Part shown: piece after piece, positions 8,401 through 18,781 of the stretch
Layout of the letters: each line of letters opens with the position of its first letter
Numbering within the stretch: the first letter of the stretch is position 1
DNA from: an uncultured Bacteroidota bacterium
GTDB lineage: Bacteria; Bacteroidota; Bacteroidia; AKYH767-A; OLB10
Direction: 5' to 3'
DNA: 64,000 nt
NCBI GenBank assembly: GCA_903881665.1
Contig: CAIRUC010000132.1
Span: 24,168 to 88,167 of the forward strand
Notes under the pieces: model-generated
What the model was told of the DNA's origin: nothing
Databases searched by the model: none
What the model saw: the letters and a program-made list of their open reading frames with translations, nothing else
Translations under genes and position numbers: made by a program

Positions 8401-10604
8401 GTTGCACCCGTCGACCATACATAATTGTTGTAGCTTCCTGCATCAATAATTGCCGGTTGCGACTGGCAAGCAGTTGTAGTTCCGGTAATTGTAGGTATAG
8501 GATTGATAGAAAGTACTAAATTATGTGATGTTTGTGCAGTACAGCCGTTTGCGTCGGTCACTGTTACGGTATAGTTTCCTGCATTAGATGCAGAAATTGA
8601 ATTGGATGTGCTTCCTGTATTCCAAACGTAATTCGCCCCCGCTGGTGTTGCAGTTAATGTGGTTGCCGCGCCGCTACAAATGGCCGATAGTCCGTTGATA
8701 GTAGTTGCTGGTAAGCTGTTCATCGTTACTGCAGATGATTTTGTTCCCGTGCATCCATTTGCATCCGTAACAGTTACTGTGTAATTTCCTCCAGTACTAA
8801 CGGTAAGGCTAGCCGAAGTGGAGCCTCCATTCCATATATAACTGCTAAATCCTGCAGTTGCAGAAATGGTGGTACTTAGTCCTGAGCAGAATTGTAAAGT
8901 TCCGCTGATAGTAGGAGTTGGAAGTGAATTAATAGTTGCCGTTTGGTTATCGCTTCCCGTACATCCGTTAGCATCCGTAACCGTTACCGTATAGGTGCCT
9001 GTGGAGGAAATATTTATACTTGCCGTGGTTTGTCCCGTTGACCAAGTATACGATGAATAGGAGCCTGCATTTAATGAAAGTGGTTGTCCGCTGCATGCAG
9101 AAGTGGGCCCTGTAATAGTTGGAGTTGGCATTGAATTAACCGTAACTGTGACTGTAGTGTCAGAAACACAACCATTGTCGGTAACGGTAAGAGTATATGT
9201 TCCGCTGGTATTTACATTTATTGAACTTCCTGCAGCTCCTGTTGACCACGCGTAGTTTGGTGCAGTAGCTGCATTTAAACTCACTGAACCTCCTTGGCAA
9301 AAGGTGGTGGCTGATGCAGGTGTAATGATTGCCGGTGTTCCTGATGTAGTAATGGTAACAGGTGGAGTCGTAGCGCTACAACTTCCGGAGTTAGTAATGA
9401 TGCAAGAATAAGTTCCTGCATTATGAACTACGATACTTTGAGTGAAGGCTCCGTTGCTCCATAAATAGGAATTACCTGCAGTACAAGTAAGTATTACACT
9501 ATCATCAGGACATAAGTTATTGTTTCCTGTTAATGTGATAAGTGGGTTTGGAGTACTAAAGGCGACTGTTATAATTGACGAGAAAGCAAAGCAAAATTGG
9601 GATCCAATAAAGTTTGATACAGTTCCATAATAAGTGCCGGGTTGGTTTACCCATAAAACCATGTTTGTATCACCGTTCGACCAAGTAGGGTTTCTGCAAG
9701 TAGGTAATGTAAGAGGAAATGAATCTCCCGGACAAATAAATATAGTGTCGGTAGAAGATAATTCAGCCCCATTAATATTTAATACCGGAATTTGTCCTGA
9801 AGGTTGAAAGCTTCCTCCTTCTAAAAAAACGCCAGAGTCAAATGCTCCATCACAAAAGTCTTGAGTTGCTAATTTTAGATGATATACTTCACAAGGACAT
9901 ACTGCCGCTTTTGCAGTTAAAACTGTTGTTAGTCCGTCATATTGTACTGAAGAATTCCCCGTATTATCTCTGAAAAATTGACAGTTTTTACAAGGCCCAC
10001 TCGGAACAGTTCCTCCAGGTGCGTATCCGTTATTTACGTTATTGATACTGATGGGTGTTGTTGTGCCTGGAATTAATGCAATGTTTTTTTTGCCGACAAT
10101 GTTTGGGCCGTTTACAAAGAATCCAAATACATCATTACATGTACTGTTAACATAGTCGCTATATTCTTCACTTGCCCATACATAGTTGAATTTGATGGAG
10201 TCAGTAGGCACCATAAAGTCAAATTGGATAACGGCCGCATCTTGCGGATTCACTGCTCCAGGCAGTAACGCATTTAAATCTCCATCGCCTGCTGTTCCAT
10301 TTCCAGTTCCAGCTCCGGTTTGGTTATTAGGACCTATTGCATTGCTGATCGAACCAGTAGAGATCATTACTCCGCTAGGAATTCCTACAATACAAGCACC
10401 GGCACAATTGAATGTACCTCTTGCAGCTGCCGCACCCGAATAAGTAATATTATTCGTATATACTGCAGGCGATCCGACTAGTACATTTTGTACTAGCTGG
10501 TTGATGGTGATAGCGGTTGATGTGGTTAGTTGCCCGAATCCAAGCATCGGGAACAACAATCCACAACATACTGTTAGCCAGTAGTGTGATTTCATTAACA
10601 TCAA
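5433..10604 (-). CDS. Giant cell-surface adhesin-like protein (1723 aa) with a T9SS type-B C-terminal domain: ~16 tandem Cys-containing Ig-like repeats and two PKD domains
   Basis: The protein has a signal peptide. The motif '...C.G.S..L.A..G.SSY.WS.G.T..SI.....G.YTVTVTD.NGC.GS' recurs about 16 times. Two PKD-like segments are present (FSWAFGDGT..., YKWNFGDGQT...). The C-terminus FTPNNDGKNDVWF...YTYYIQIT fits the gliding-motility-associated type-B CTD pattern. Confidence 0.75.
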   Translation of the reverse strand: MMLMKSHYWLTVCCGLLFPMLGFGQLTTSTAITINQLVQNVLVGSPAVYTNNITYSGAAAARGTFNCAGACIVGIPSGVMISTGSISNAIGPNNQTGAGTGNGTAGDGDLNALLPGAVNPQDAAVIQFDFMVPTDSIKFNYVWASEEYSDYVNSTCNDVFGFFVNGPNIVGKKNIALIPGTTTPISINNVNNGYAPGGTVPSGPCKNCQFFRDNTGNSSVQYDGLTTVLTAKAAVCPCEVYHLKLATQDFCDGAFDSGVFLEGGSFQPSGQIPVLNINGAELSSTDTIFICPGDSFPLTLPTCRNPTWSNGDTNMVLWVNQPGTYYGTVSNFIGSQFCFAFSSIITVAFSTPNPLITLTGNNNLCPDDSVILTCTAGNSYLWSNGAFTQSIVVHNAGTYSCIITNSGSCSATTPPVTITTSGTPAIITPASATTFCQGGSVSLNAATAPNYAWSTGAAGSSINVNTSGTYTLTVTDNGCVSDTTVTVTVNSMPTPTITGPTSACSGQPLSLNAGSYSSYTWSTGQTTASINISSTGTYTVTVTDANGCTGSDNQTATINSLPTPTISGTLQFCSGLSTTISATAGFSSYIWNGGSTSASLTVSTGGNYTVTVTDANGCTGTKSSAVTMNSLPATTINGLSAICSGAATTLTATPAGANYVWNTGSTSNSISASNAGNYTVTVTDANGCTAQTSHNLVLSINPIPTITGTTTACQSQPAIIDAGSYNNYVWSTGATTQTINASATGNYTVTVTDASGCTGSDVIAVTINTLPTPSISGTLQFCTGNNTSINAGAGYSSYQWNNGSLSASLNVSSAGTYTVTVTNGNGCTGSSSVNVVMNNLPVPTINGLTTICSGSATTLTASPAGANYAWSTGSTSATTSAAAMGTYTVTVTDASGCSAQTTHTLNLNALPTPVITGTTTACQTQPAFIDAGIYNSYSWSTGAVTQVINATATGTYIVVVTDANGCTGSNFINVTIFANPTPLITGTLKFCTGKSTTLTGDPGYATYSWSNGSSSSIINVTSGGTYDLTVTDGNGCDGTTNVNVIENALPVVSITGPTDFCDGNSVQIQTVQPATSYVWSDGTTNAQFTVTQTGNYSVTVTDNNGCSNNSSYTVTEHLNPIVTITGIDTVCSGFSGLLDAGAGMNSYLWSDGSLTSSIAPSSTTFYTLTVIDNNGCTGSNSIQFVSLPLPVSIITGDTTICKGEVTGLQGPTGNYQYLWSTGAITNTTVVSNGGVYTLTVTDIEGCKNDISTTVIENQLPILGLNNTASICYGESVTLNPGNFVIYSWNNGSSLSQLTTGVAGNYIVTATDNNGCQNSDSTLVIVHALPTPTISGPTETCENSPIIFDGGTGYSLYQWSTGESVQQISASNGGTYTLTVTDIYGCSNSTLKTLITHPLADAQITGNHHLCAGESSTLSALSGQGAYQWSTGNTSNTITQSASGVYTLTITTSFGCISRDTFNLTVHPIPSVQYSYLQTANCEAILVQFVNTSLFDIGSTFSWAFGDGTIGGEMNPNHSYIDSGQYATSLSIVSPWDCKSNDTLTINLMRPTLPESKFIQSSDVSSVFNSTIRFTNQSTNATHYKWNFGDGQTSEETDPLHQFDRVGTTTVKLLAYNVAGCIDEYEMNIEIVPLYIPSGFTPNNDGKNDVWFDGTPVLNVKSFNMQVIDRWKGTVYSSDSYLRPWDGNFSTGKQAPIGVYTYYIQITSEKGKDYEFRGTFSLIR
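6470..9560 (-). repeat. Intragenic tandem array (~240-bp period, about 13-16 units) encoding the Ig-like repeats of the adhesin
   Basis: The repeat period is visible in the translation (TVTVTDANGCTGS recurs verbatim). The coordinates are approximate, derived from the protein positions. Confidence 0.55.
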
Positions 10605-10705
10605 ATATAATTGTTTTGAGCGAAAAGTGTACTATACTGTGGTAAGTAGGTGCTTCTTCTAGGTGAAAAGTTTCAATAATTACAGTAAATACAGATGCGA
10701 AAGGT

Positions 10706-10743
10706 TCAAAAATAAAAAAGGCGACCTGTATTCAGATCGCCTT
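10706..10743 (-). terminator. Rho-independent terminator downstream of atpC
   Basis: Stem aaggcga/tcgcctt at 10718-10742, followed on the minus strand by a T-run (plus strand aataaaaaa at 10706-10717). Confidence 0.5.
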
Positions 10744-10762
10744 TGCTTTATTCAGAAGAATA

Positions 10763-11002
10763 TTAAACAGATTCAGCCAGAATAATGACTTTATTGTTCA
10801 ACATTTCCACAACACCACCTTTTACTTCAAAAATTTCTTCTCCGGCAGTGCTTTTAACTTTCACCTTGCCATTGATCAAAGTAGAGATTATGGCAGCGTG
10901 GTTTTCGAGCATTTGGAAGCTTCCTTTTTTTCCGGGTACGGAAACCGAAGAAACTTCTCCTTCAAATACTTTTTTATCAGGGGTTATGATTTCTAGAAAC
11001 AT
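10763..11002 (-). CDS. atpC: F0F1 ATP synthase subunit epsilon
   Basis: 79 aa (MFLEIITPDKKVFEGEVSSVSVPG...), immediately downstream of atpD. Confidence 0.85.
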   Translation of the reverse strand: MFLEIITPDKKVFEGEVSSVSVPGKKGSFQMLENHAAIISTLINGKVKVKSTAGEEIFEVKGGVVEMLNNKVIILAESV

Positions 11003-11018
11003 GATGAATCGTCGTTAA

Positions 11019-12563
<1,545 letters not shown>

Positions 12564-12680
12564 TTAAAAAGGGCTTAGCTTCGAAGGAAATTTTAATTTT
12601 GAGCGCGCGAAACTTATCGACAAAACTTCGCAAGGTGTTAAAAAGGTAAATATGTGTAGTTAAGTTATTGAAATACAGTT

Positions 12681-13604
12681 ATGAAGATCTATAATAGTCT
12701 CGAAAATTTTCCGGTTTTAAAGTGTCCGGTTTTAACTTTAGGAACCTTCGATGGAGTTCACCTAGGTCACCAAAAGATTCTTTCTCGCCTGAATGATATG
12801 GCTAAAGCAGTAAATGGTGAGTCCGTTTTAATGACTTTTCACCCGCATCCACGTGCGGTTATTTTTCCCGATCAACGCGATATTCGATTAATTACCTCTT
12901 TGGAGGAAAAAACAACCCTTTTAGCGCGCTTTGGAATCGAGCATCTTGTAGTTCAGTCGTTTACGCGCGATTTTTCAATGTTAAATCACAATGATTTTAT
13001 TCGAGAGTATCTCGTGAAGAAAATAGGGGTTAAAAAAATGGTGGTGGGCTACGATCATCAATTTGGCCATGATAGGAAAGGAAGCTTCGCCGAATTGCAA
13101 TCGCTAGCTCCTCAATTAGGATTTACGGTGGAGGAAATTCCTGAGCAAGAAATTAATGATGTGGCAATAAGTTCAACCCGTATTCGCAAGGCTTTGTTTG
13201 AAGGAAGAGTTGACGCCGCCGCTAGTTTATTAGGGTATAATTATACATTTAGTGGCCGTGTGGTGAAGGGGAAGCAATTGGGTCGAAAACTTGGTTTTCC
13301 TACTGCTAACTTAGAATGCCCCGACCCGTTGAAATTGGTGCCGGCCAACGGTGTTTATGCTGTTTATGTGATTGTTAATGATCGTCAATATAAAGGCGTT
13401 CTTAGTATTGGCACTCGACCTACTTTCGATGACGGGGACCGTTCAGTGGAGGTGAATATTTTCGATTTTGATCGCGATATTTATGGGGAGAATGTGACGC
13501 TGATATTTAAAAGTTTTCTTCGTTCCGATCTGAAGTTTGATGGAGTGGATGCGCTCGTAGCTCAGATGTATCGCGATAAAGCTCAATCATTGGAACTACT
13601 TTGA
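12681..13604 (+). CDS. ribF: Bifunctional riboflavin kinase / FAD synthetase
   Basis: 307 aa. The N-terminal FAD-synthetase fold (GTFDGVHLGHQ) and the C-terminal riboflavin kinase domain are both present. Confidence 0.9.
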   Translation: MKIYNSLENFPVLKCPVLTLGTFDGVHLGHQKILSRLNDMAKAVNGESVLMTFHPHPRAVIFPDQRDIRLITSLEEKTTLLARFGIEHLVVQSFTRDFSMLNHNDFIREYLVKKIGVKKMVVGYDHQFGHDRKGSFAELQSLAPQLGFTVEEIPEQEINDVAISSTRIRKALFEGRVDAAASLLGYNYTFSGRVVKGKQLGRKLGFPTANLECPDPLKLVPANGVYAVYVIVNDRQYKGVLSIGTRPTFDDGDRSVEVNIFDFDRDIYGENVTLIFKSFLRSDLKFDGVDALVAQMYRDKAQSLELL

Positions 13605-13687
13605 TTTATCTGCGTATTAGTTGCTTGTCAATATTTATAGATCTCTAGCGTTATCTGTTTTCATTCCTTTATGTACCTTCGTCTCTT

Positions 13688-14296
13688 GTGAAAAGATTTC
13701 TTCTCTTCTTTATTTCTTTTTTGTTTTTGCTGGGTGTACATCCTGTGAAGGCTCAAGATTTGTTGGATTCTCTTTCGTTGTCGCAGCAAAAAGTTTTTCA
13801 TGACCTTCCTTCCGCACTTTCTAATCCTGATTCGGTGTTTGCTATCGATCTTAGTCGTAAAAGGTTAAGCGTATTGCCTAAAGATCTTGAGAATTTTCCC
13901 AATCTGCAATCGCTGAAGCTGTCGCGCAATGGTATTAAAGAAATTCCTAGTTGGATTGGCAATCTTAAAAAGTTGCAAGTACTCGAATTAGGATATAATG
14001 ATTTGAAGGATCTTCCGCCTGAAATTGGGAAGCTCGAAAATCTTTATTTTTTAGGATTAAATAGAAATGTAATTGAAACCCTGCCTCACGAAATTGGTAA
14101 TTTGAAAAATTTATTGGTACTCGAAATGTGGGACAACGAGTTGGAATCGGTGCCAGAAGAAATAAGGAACTTGCATAACCTTCGCATTTTTGAATTGCGC
14201 GGCATTTTATTCTCTGGCGAGGAGCAACAACAAATTGAAAATTTGCTGCCCGATGCAGATGTTTACTTTTCGCCTAGCTGTAATTGCAAGGATTGA
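13688..14296 (+). CDS. Secreted leucine-rich-repeat (LRR) protein
   Basis: Signal peptide followed by about 7 LRRs (LxxLxLxxNxIxxIPxxIGNLKxL). Confidence 0.7.
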   Translation: MKRFLLFFISFLFLLGVHPVKAQDLLDSLSLSQQKVFHDLPSALSNPDSVFAIDLSRKRLSVLPKDLENFPNLQSLKLSRNGIKEIPSWIGNLKKLQVLELGYNDLKDLPPEIGKLENLYFLGLNRNVIETLPHEIGNLKNLLVLEMWDNELESVPEEIRNLHNLRIFELRGILFSGEEQQQIENLLPDADVYFSPSCNCKD

Positions 14297-14356
14297 TGTA
14301 TAACTGTTGACGATTTATCGTTGTTTGTATTACTTAAAATTTTAATATTGCCTCGC

Positions 14357-15481
14357 ATGAATGGTGAATCTCTTTCTCCCGGAAGGTTAGCTTGGCAGCG
14401 ATTTAAAAAAAATCGATCTGCCATGTTCGGATTATTAGTGGTTATAGTGGCGATTTTCGTTGCCCTGTTTTGTTATATTTTAGTTCCCGATAATTCTCCT
14501 TTTAGTAATCGTATGTCGCTGCCTGCAAGTATGCAGCATCCCGGAACGAAAATCACCTTTCTGAAAATACCGTTGAAGAATGTAGATGAAGTGGGGTTTT
14601 TTACGGGATTAATTTCAGGAATACCTTCTATGTACAAAGAAGTGGCCATTAAGGAATTGAAGTGTAAAAATGATAGTGTTTATTTTAAGGAGCTTGTTGG
14701 TGATGAGCAAGGGGAAGTTGTCGATTTTTCTGTTTTGCCAATTAGCGATTTTTCTGAAAATGGAATGATTCCTTCTGCTGAATTATTTAGTAAAAAATGT
14801 ATTGTTGAAAGGGTGTTTATCTTAGGTACTGATCGGTTTGGTCGCGATTTGTTTAGTAGACTCATGGTTGGTACTCGCGTTTCATTGGCGGTAGGATTAA
14901 TTGCTGTTTTTATTTCTTTAGTGATCGGAATTACATTAGGAGCTATTGCTGGATATTACCGTGGATTTATTGATCGAGTGATCGTTTGGTTTATTAATGT
15001 TATTTGGTCGATTCCTACTTTATTGCTTGTTGTTGCAATTACAATGGCTTTAGGTAAGGGGTTTACGCAAGTTTTTATTGCGGTAGGATTAACCATGTGG
15101 GTTGAGGTTGCTAGGTTGGTCCGCGGACAGTTTTTTGTGCTGCGTGAGCAGCAATTTGTGGAGGCCGGTAAAGCGTTGGGTTACGATCATGGACGTATAA
15201 TTATTAAACATATCTTGCCGAATATTCTCGGTCCCGTAATCGTTATAGCTGCCAGTAACTTTGCTTCTGCCATATTATTGGAAGCAGGACTCAGTTTTTT
15301 AGGAATGGGAGCGCAGCCGCCAATGCCTAGTTGGGGTATGATGATTAAAGAAAACTACGGATATATTGTAGTTGATTCGGCCTACCTTGCTATTTGGCCG
15401 GGTGTCGCTATCGCCTTAATGGTGCTTGCTTTCACTCTACTTGGTAACGGATTAAGAGATGCGTTCGATATCAAAAATTAA
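14357..15481 (+). CDS. ABC transporter permease (DppC/OppC-like, BPD_transp_1)
   Basis: Multi-pass membrane protein with the EAA-like loop of binding-protein-dependent permeases. The N-terminus (SPGRLAWQRFKKN) is typical of OppC/DppC. The start was chosen at MNGESL; the ORF-track start is at 14321. Confidence 0.7.
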   Translation: MNGESLSPGRLAWQRFKKNRSAMFGLLVVIVAIFVALFCYILVPDNSPFSNRMSLPASMQHPGTKITFLKIPLKNVDEVGFFTGLISGIPSMYKEVAIKELKCKNDSVYFKELVGDEQGEVVDFSVLPISDFSENGMIPSAELFSKKCIVERVFILGTDRFGRDLFSRLMVGTRVSLAVGLIAVFISLVIGITLGAIAGYYRGFIDRVIVWFINVIWSIPTLLLVVAITMALGKGFTQVFIAVGLTMWVEVARLVRGQFFVLREQQFVEAGKALGYDHGRIIIKHILPNILGPVIVIAASNFASAILLEAGLSFLGMGAQPPMPSWGMMIKENYGYIVVDSAYLAIWPGVAIALMVLAFTLLGNGLRDAFDIKN

Positions 15482-16082
15482 AATATATATCTTCAAGTCA
15501 TTTAACTACCGATTTTATTAATAATACATAATGGGAAAGTGCTAATATAAATCAGGAAGTAGCTCCTAATTTCATCGGAAAGACTACCTGTTTTATTTAC
15601 GTATACTGCAAGTAGTTGGAATTTTTCGAGACAAAAACTATTTGCCAGTATTGAACTTGAAAGCACAAAGCTTCATTTAACCACCGAATCGCTAATTTCT
15701 TGTAGCTGCTTTTATGGAAAGGGCTATATTCGGCTACGTCGCTTAGTTCTTTTTTTCAGAATTTGATATAACGGTCATAAATTACGATAAGGTAAACTAA
15801 GGAAATCAATCGTAAGTATGTTCTAAGGTCAGTTCTGTAAATTGCATCACGCCAAAAAAAAATAGTTAGTATTTTTTTTGAATATCCAAATTTAAATCTA
15901 AAACCATAATTGCATTTATAATCAATTATGGAACATATAAAAACAAGGAAAAAAATATCCTTACTCAAACTAATACCCAGGTTCTTTTTTAATCATAAAC
16001 AGCTTGATTTGAAATCCCAGTTCTCGCAATAATAAATGAATTTCGTTTTTTATATTGTAGGTGCTTTTCTTATTTTTTATTT

Positions 16083-16106
16083 CTGTCCCTGTCCCTGTCC
16101 CTGTCC
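16083..16106. repeat. Hexanucleotide microsatellite (CTGTCC)x4 in non-coding DNA
   Basis: Read directly: ttctgtccctgtccctgtccctgtccc. Confidence 0.9.
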
Positions 16107-16376
16107 CAAAAATGTATATAGAGGTGTTTTTTTTAATTTAATATTGAGAGAAATAGAATGCTCCCTGAAAAGTATAAAATTGTTGATGTAAATAATCACA
16201 ATTCAAAAAAAATCAGTTGAATTTCCGAAATTGAACCACCCGATATTAAACAATTACAAATACTTAATATTTGTTGTTGTTCGCAGTTTTTTGTATATTT
16301 AAGTAGGGTGGGAATGGTGTTCCCCGCAAATAAAAATCCCCGTATAAATAAATTGCCAATTACTTATTCGGTTATA

Positions 16377-17081
16377 TTATCCCCCAATCCACGTCGCTAT
16401 AAAATAGGCTGCACTAGCAGCCAACGCACCAACTAGTGTAGTGCGAATCGCTCCTTTGATCGGTGATTGTCCGGTAACTTTACTCTTGAAATATCCAAAT
16501 GTAGCCAATGCAATTAAAGTAATAATGGAAGAATATAATATCCCATCTTTCGGATGATCGGTAAAAAAATAGGCGCTTAATGGAATAAAGCCACCTAAAA
16601 TATAAGAAGACGCAATATTAAATGCCGATTTTTTAGCACGATCTGGGTGTGGCTTTTCTAAACCTAGTTCGAACCGCATCATAAAGTCGACCCATTTGTC
16701 TTTGTTTTTCGATAGTTCCTCTGCAACTTGATTTTGGGCTGCTAAACTTATTCCGTAATCCGCTAAAACATCTTTAATTTCCTGTTTTTCACGCTCAGGC
16801 AAATGATCTACTTCCCAATATTCTCGTTTTAACTCAGCGTTATAATGATCAACTTCTGTTTTCCCTGCAAGGTACCCTCCTAATCCCATCGCAATAGATC
16901 CTGCAATGATTTCCGCAATACCTGCTGTAATAACTATAGTGTTGGAGTCTACTGCTCCGCTAATTCCCGCCGCCAACGCAAAAGGTACGGTAAGTCCATC
17001 GGCCATGCCAATAACAATATCGCGTACAAGTTCTGAACTTTCAAAATGTTCTTCAGTGTGATGGTCGTGGTGATCGTGCAT
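16377..17081 (-). CDS. VIT1/CCC1 family iron/manganese transporter with a His-rich N-terminus
   Basis: 234 aa. N-terminal MHDHHDHHTEEH, then VIT-family transmembrane segments. Confidence 0.7.
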   Translation of the reverse strand: MHDHHDHHTEEHFESSELVRDIVIGMADGLTVPFALAAGISGAVDSNTIVITAGIAEIIAGSIAMGLGGYLAGKTEVDHYNAELKREYWEVDHLPEREKQEIKDVLADYGISLAAQNQVAEELSKNKDKWVDFMMRFELGLEKPHPDRAKKSAFNIASSYILGGFIPLSAYFFTDHPKDGILYSSIITLIALATFGYFKSKVTGQSPIKGAIRTTLVGALAASAAYFIATWIGG

Positions 17082-17150
17082 GACAATTTATTTATAAGTT
17101 GTAAATGTAAGACATGATATTCATAAAATAAAAAGTGGTATGGAATGCTC

Positions 17151-17185
17151 AAAAAAAAAGCGAATCCGAAGATTCGCTTTTTTTA
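17151..17185 (-). terminator. Bidirectional rho-independent terminator (A-run, gcgaatc-cgaa-gattcgc, T-run) downstream of the H1/SWIB gene
   Basis: aaaaaaaaagcgaatccgaagattcgcttttttt. Confidence 0.65.
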
Positions 17186-17204
17186 ATATTTATCCCTGTT
17201 CGGA

Positions 17205-17687
17205 TTAGTTTGATAAATGAGCGTTGATTAGCTTAGTCATTTCGAACATAGAAACGGTTTTCTTTCCACCGAATACTTTTATTAAGTTAGCATCACCGTT
17301 GATGTTGCGTCTCTCTTTAGGATCTTGTAATTTATTTTTCTTAATGTATTCCCATACTTTTTTAACAACTTCTGTACGTGGGATAGGCTTGCTACCAACA
17401 ACAGCTGCTAAAGTTGCACTAACATTCATAGGTTTCATGAATGCTGCGTTAGGAGTACGTTTCGTTTTTGCTTTTTTAGCAGGTGCTTTTTTAGCAGGAG
17501 CTTTTTTAGCAGGTGCTGCTTTCTTAGCAGGAGCTTTTTTAGCAGGTGCTTTCTTAGCAGGAGCTTTCTTAGCAGGAGCTTTTTTAGCAGGAGCTTTCTT
17601 AGCAGGTGCTTTTTTAGCCGGAGCTTTTTTAGCTGGAGCGGCCTTTTTAGCGGCTTTTTTCGCAGGTTTTGCTTTTTTAGTTGCCAT
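17205..17687 (-). CDS. Histone H1-like (AKKAP repeat) protein fused to a C-terminal SWIB/MDM2 domain
   Basis: The N-terminal ~80 aa are (P)AKKA(P) repeats. The C-terminal [56 protein letters not shown] matches the SWIB/MDM2 domain consensus. Confidence 0.75.
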   Translation of the reverse strand: MATKKAKPAKKAAKKAAPAKKAPAKKAPAKKAPAKKAPAKKAPAKKAPAKKAPAKKAAPAKKAPAKKAPAKKAKTKRTPNAAFMKPMNVSATLAAVVGSKPIPRTEVVKKVWEYIKKNKLQDPKERRNINGDANLIKVFGGKKTVSMFEMTKLINAHLSN

Positions 17688-17887
17688 TTTGATTTTTTTG
17701 TTAACGATTGAGTGGTGCTAATTTAGTCTCACTTGATCCTTCAGAGGTAGCTCCCTCTGAGAATTTATTAACAATCGTTTGTTTTTTCTCCTCGTACGTA
17801 CGAGTGAACAATTTTCACTAAAATAAACCTCGATTTTAAGTATCTTTTTCAGAGGTTGAATCACGTGTTTTCAGAGGAGAATCTGTG

Positions 17888-18781
17888 TTAAGAGTGGTGT
17901 GAGAGTAGAATCATCCATGCTTCCGTTGCATTCCCCTCTGATAGCATTTTATGCGCAGCAAGATGTACTGCAGTTGTTAAATTCTCATGATTCTCGTGTA
18001 AAACGTCGAATAATTTTTTCACATCTTTCCTCTCTCTGTAAGATTTTATTTCGCTTTCTAATGGTATTTTTTCAGTGTTTCCTAACATTCCTAGGTCGTT
18101 TCCTGTGAGTATTTTACTTAAACGTATTGTATCTGGCAATTGATCAACACCAATTCCAAGTGTTGTTAAGGGTTTAGGTATTTTAAATAAACCTTGCGAT
18201 GACCGTCCGTACCAATCGCCACCTAATCGAGAAACTAAATCAATTTTTATTGGATCGATTTTGCCGAATGAGTCAAGAATTTCTTCATTTATATGAATTA
18301 GTACAATTTCGCAGACTACCAATTGCCCCGCTCCACCGCTTTCTCCAGTTGAAATAATCTCTTTTACGATACATTCCATTTGAACGGGCGACTCTTTTAC
18401 GCGCGGCGCCTTCACATGTACTGATGCTTGTTCGGTAAATCCAGCCTTTATAAACTCATTAACGCCCTTTGGGTACTCCGAACTGGCTAGCGACATCTGT
18501 TGTACCATTTCATAGCTCACAACGTTTATAACGGCCTCTTTCGTGGCTTTAACGTTGTCAAGGGTGTTTTTGCTAGCTCCATCGCGTCCTCGCAAAGCCG
18601 GACTAAATATTACTGTGGGAGGATTAGCCCCAAATGCGTTGAAAAAACTAAATGGACTCAGATTTATACGGCCTTCAGCATCAACGGTTGATACAAATGC
18701 AATAGGACGCGGAGCAATGGCTCCTAACATATATTGGTGAATTTCAGATACTTTAAGGTCTTTTGGGTTTATTTGCATCAT
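17888..18781 (-). CDS. Flavin reductase-like (FMN-binding split-barrel) domain protein with a C-terminal extension
   Basis: The N-terminus LGAIAPRPIAFVSTVDAEGRINLSPFSFFNAF is typical of the flavin reductase-like domain. At 297 aa it is longer than minimal family members. Confidence 0.6.
   Translation of the reverse strand: MMQINPKDLKVSEIHQYMLGAIAPRPIAFVSTVDAEGRINLSPFSFFNAFGANPPTVIFSPALRGRDGASKNTLDNVKATKEAVINVVSYEMVQQMSLASSEYPKGVNEFIKAGFTEQASVHVKAPRVKESPVQMECIVKEIISTGESGGAGQLVVCEIVLIHINEEILDSFGKIDPIKIDLVSRLGGDWYGRSSQGLFKIPKPLTTLGIGVDQLPDTIRLSKILTGNDLGMLGNTEKIPLESEIKSYRERKDVKKLFDVLHENHENLTTAVHLAAHKMLSEGNATEAWMILLSHHS

Noticed and set aside
6000-10450. Several 60-100-aa ORFs on the + strand inside the adhesin gene (e.g. 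8208-8519, 10186-10443)
   Set aside because: They are antisense frames of a long, repeat-rich, well-supported minus-strand CDS.
17224-17721. 165-aa plus-strand ORF with [10 protein letters not shown] repeats
   Set aside because: It is the antisense reading of the 15-bp AKKAP-encoding repeat of the H1/SWIB gene.
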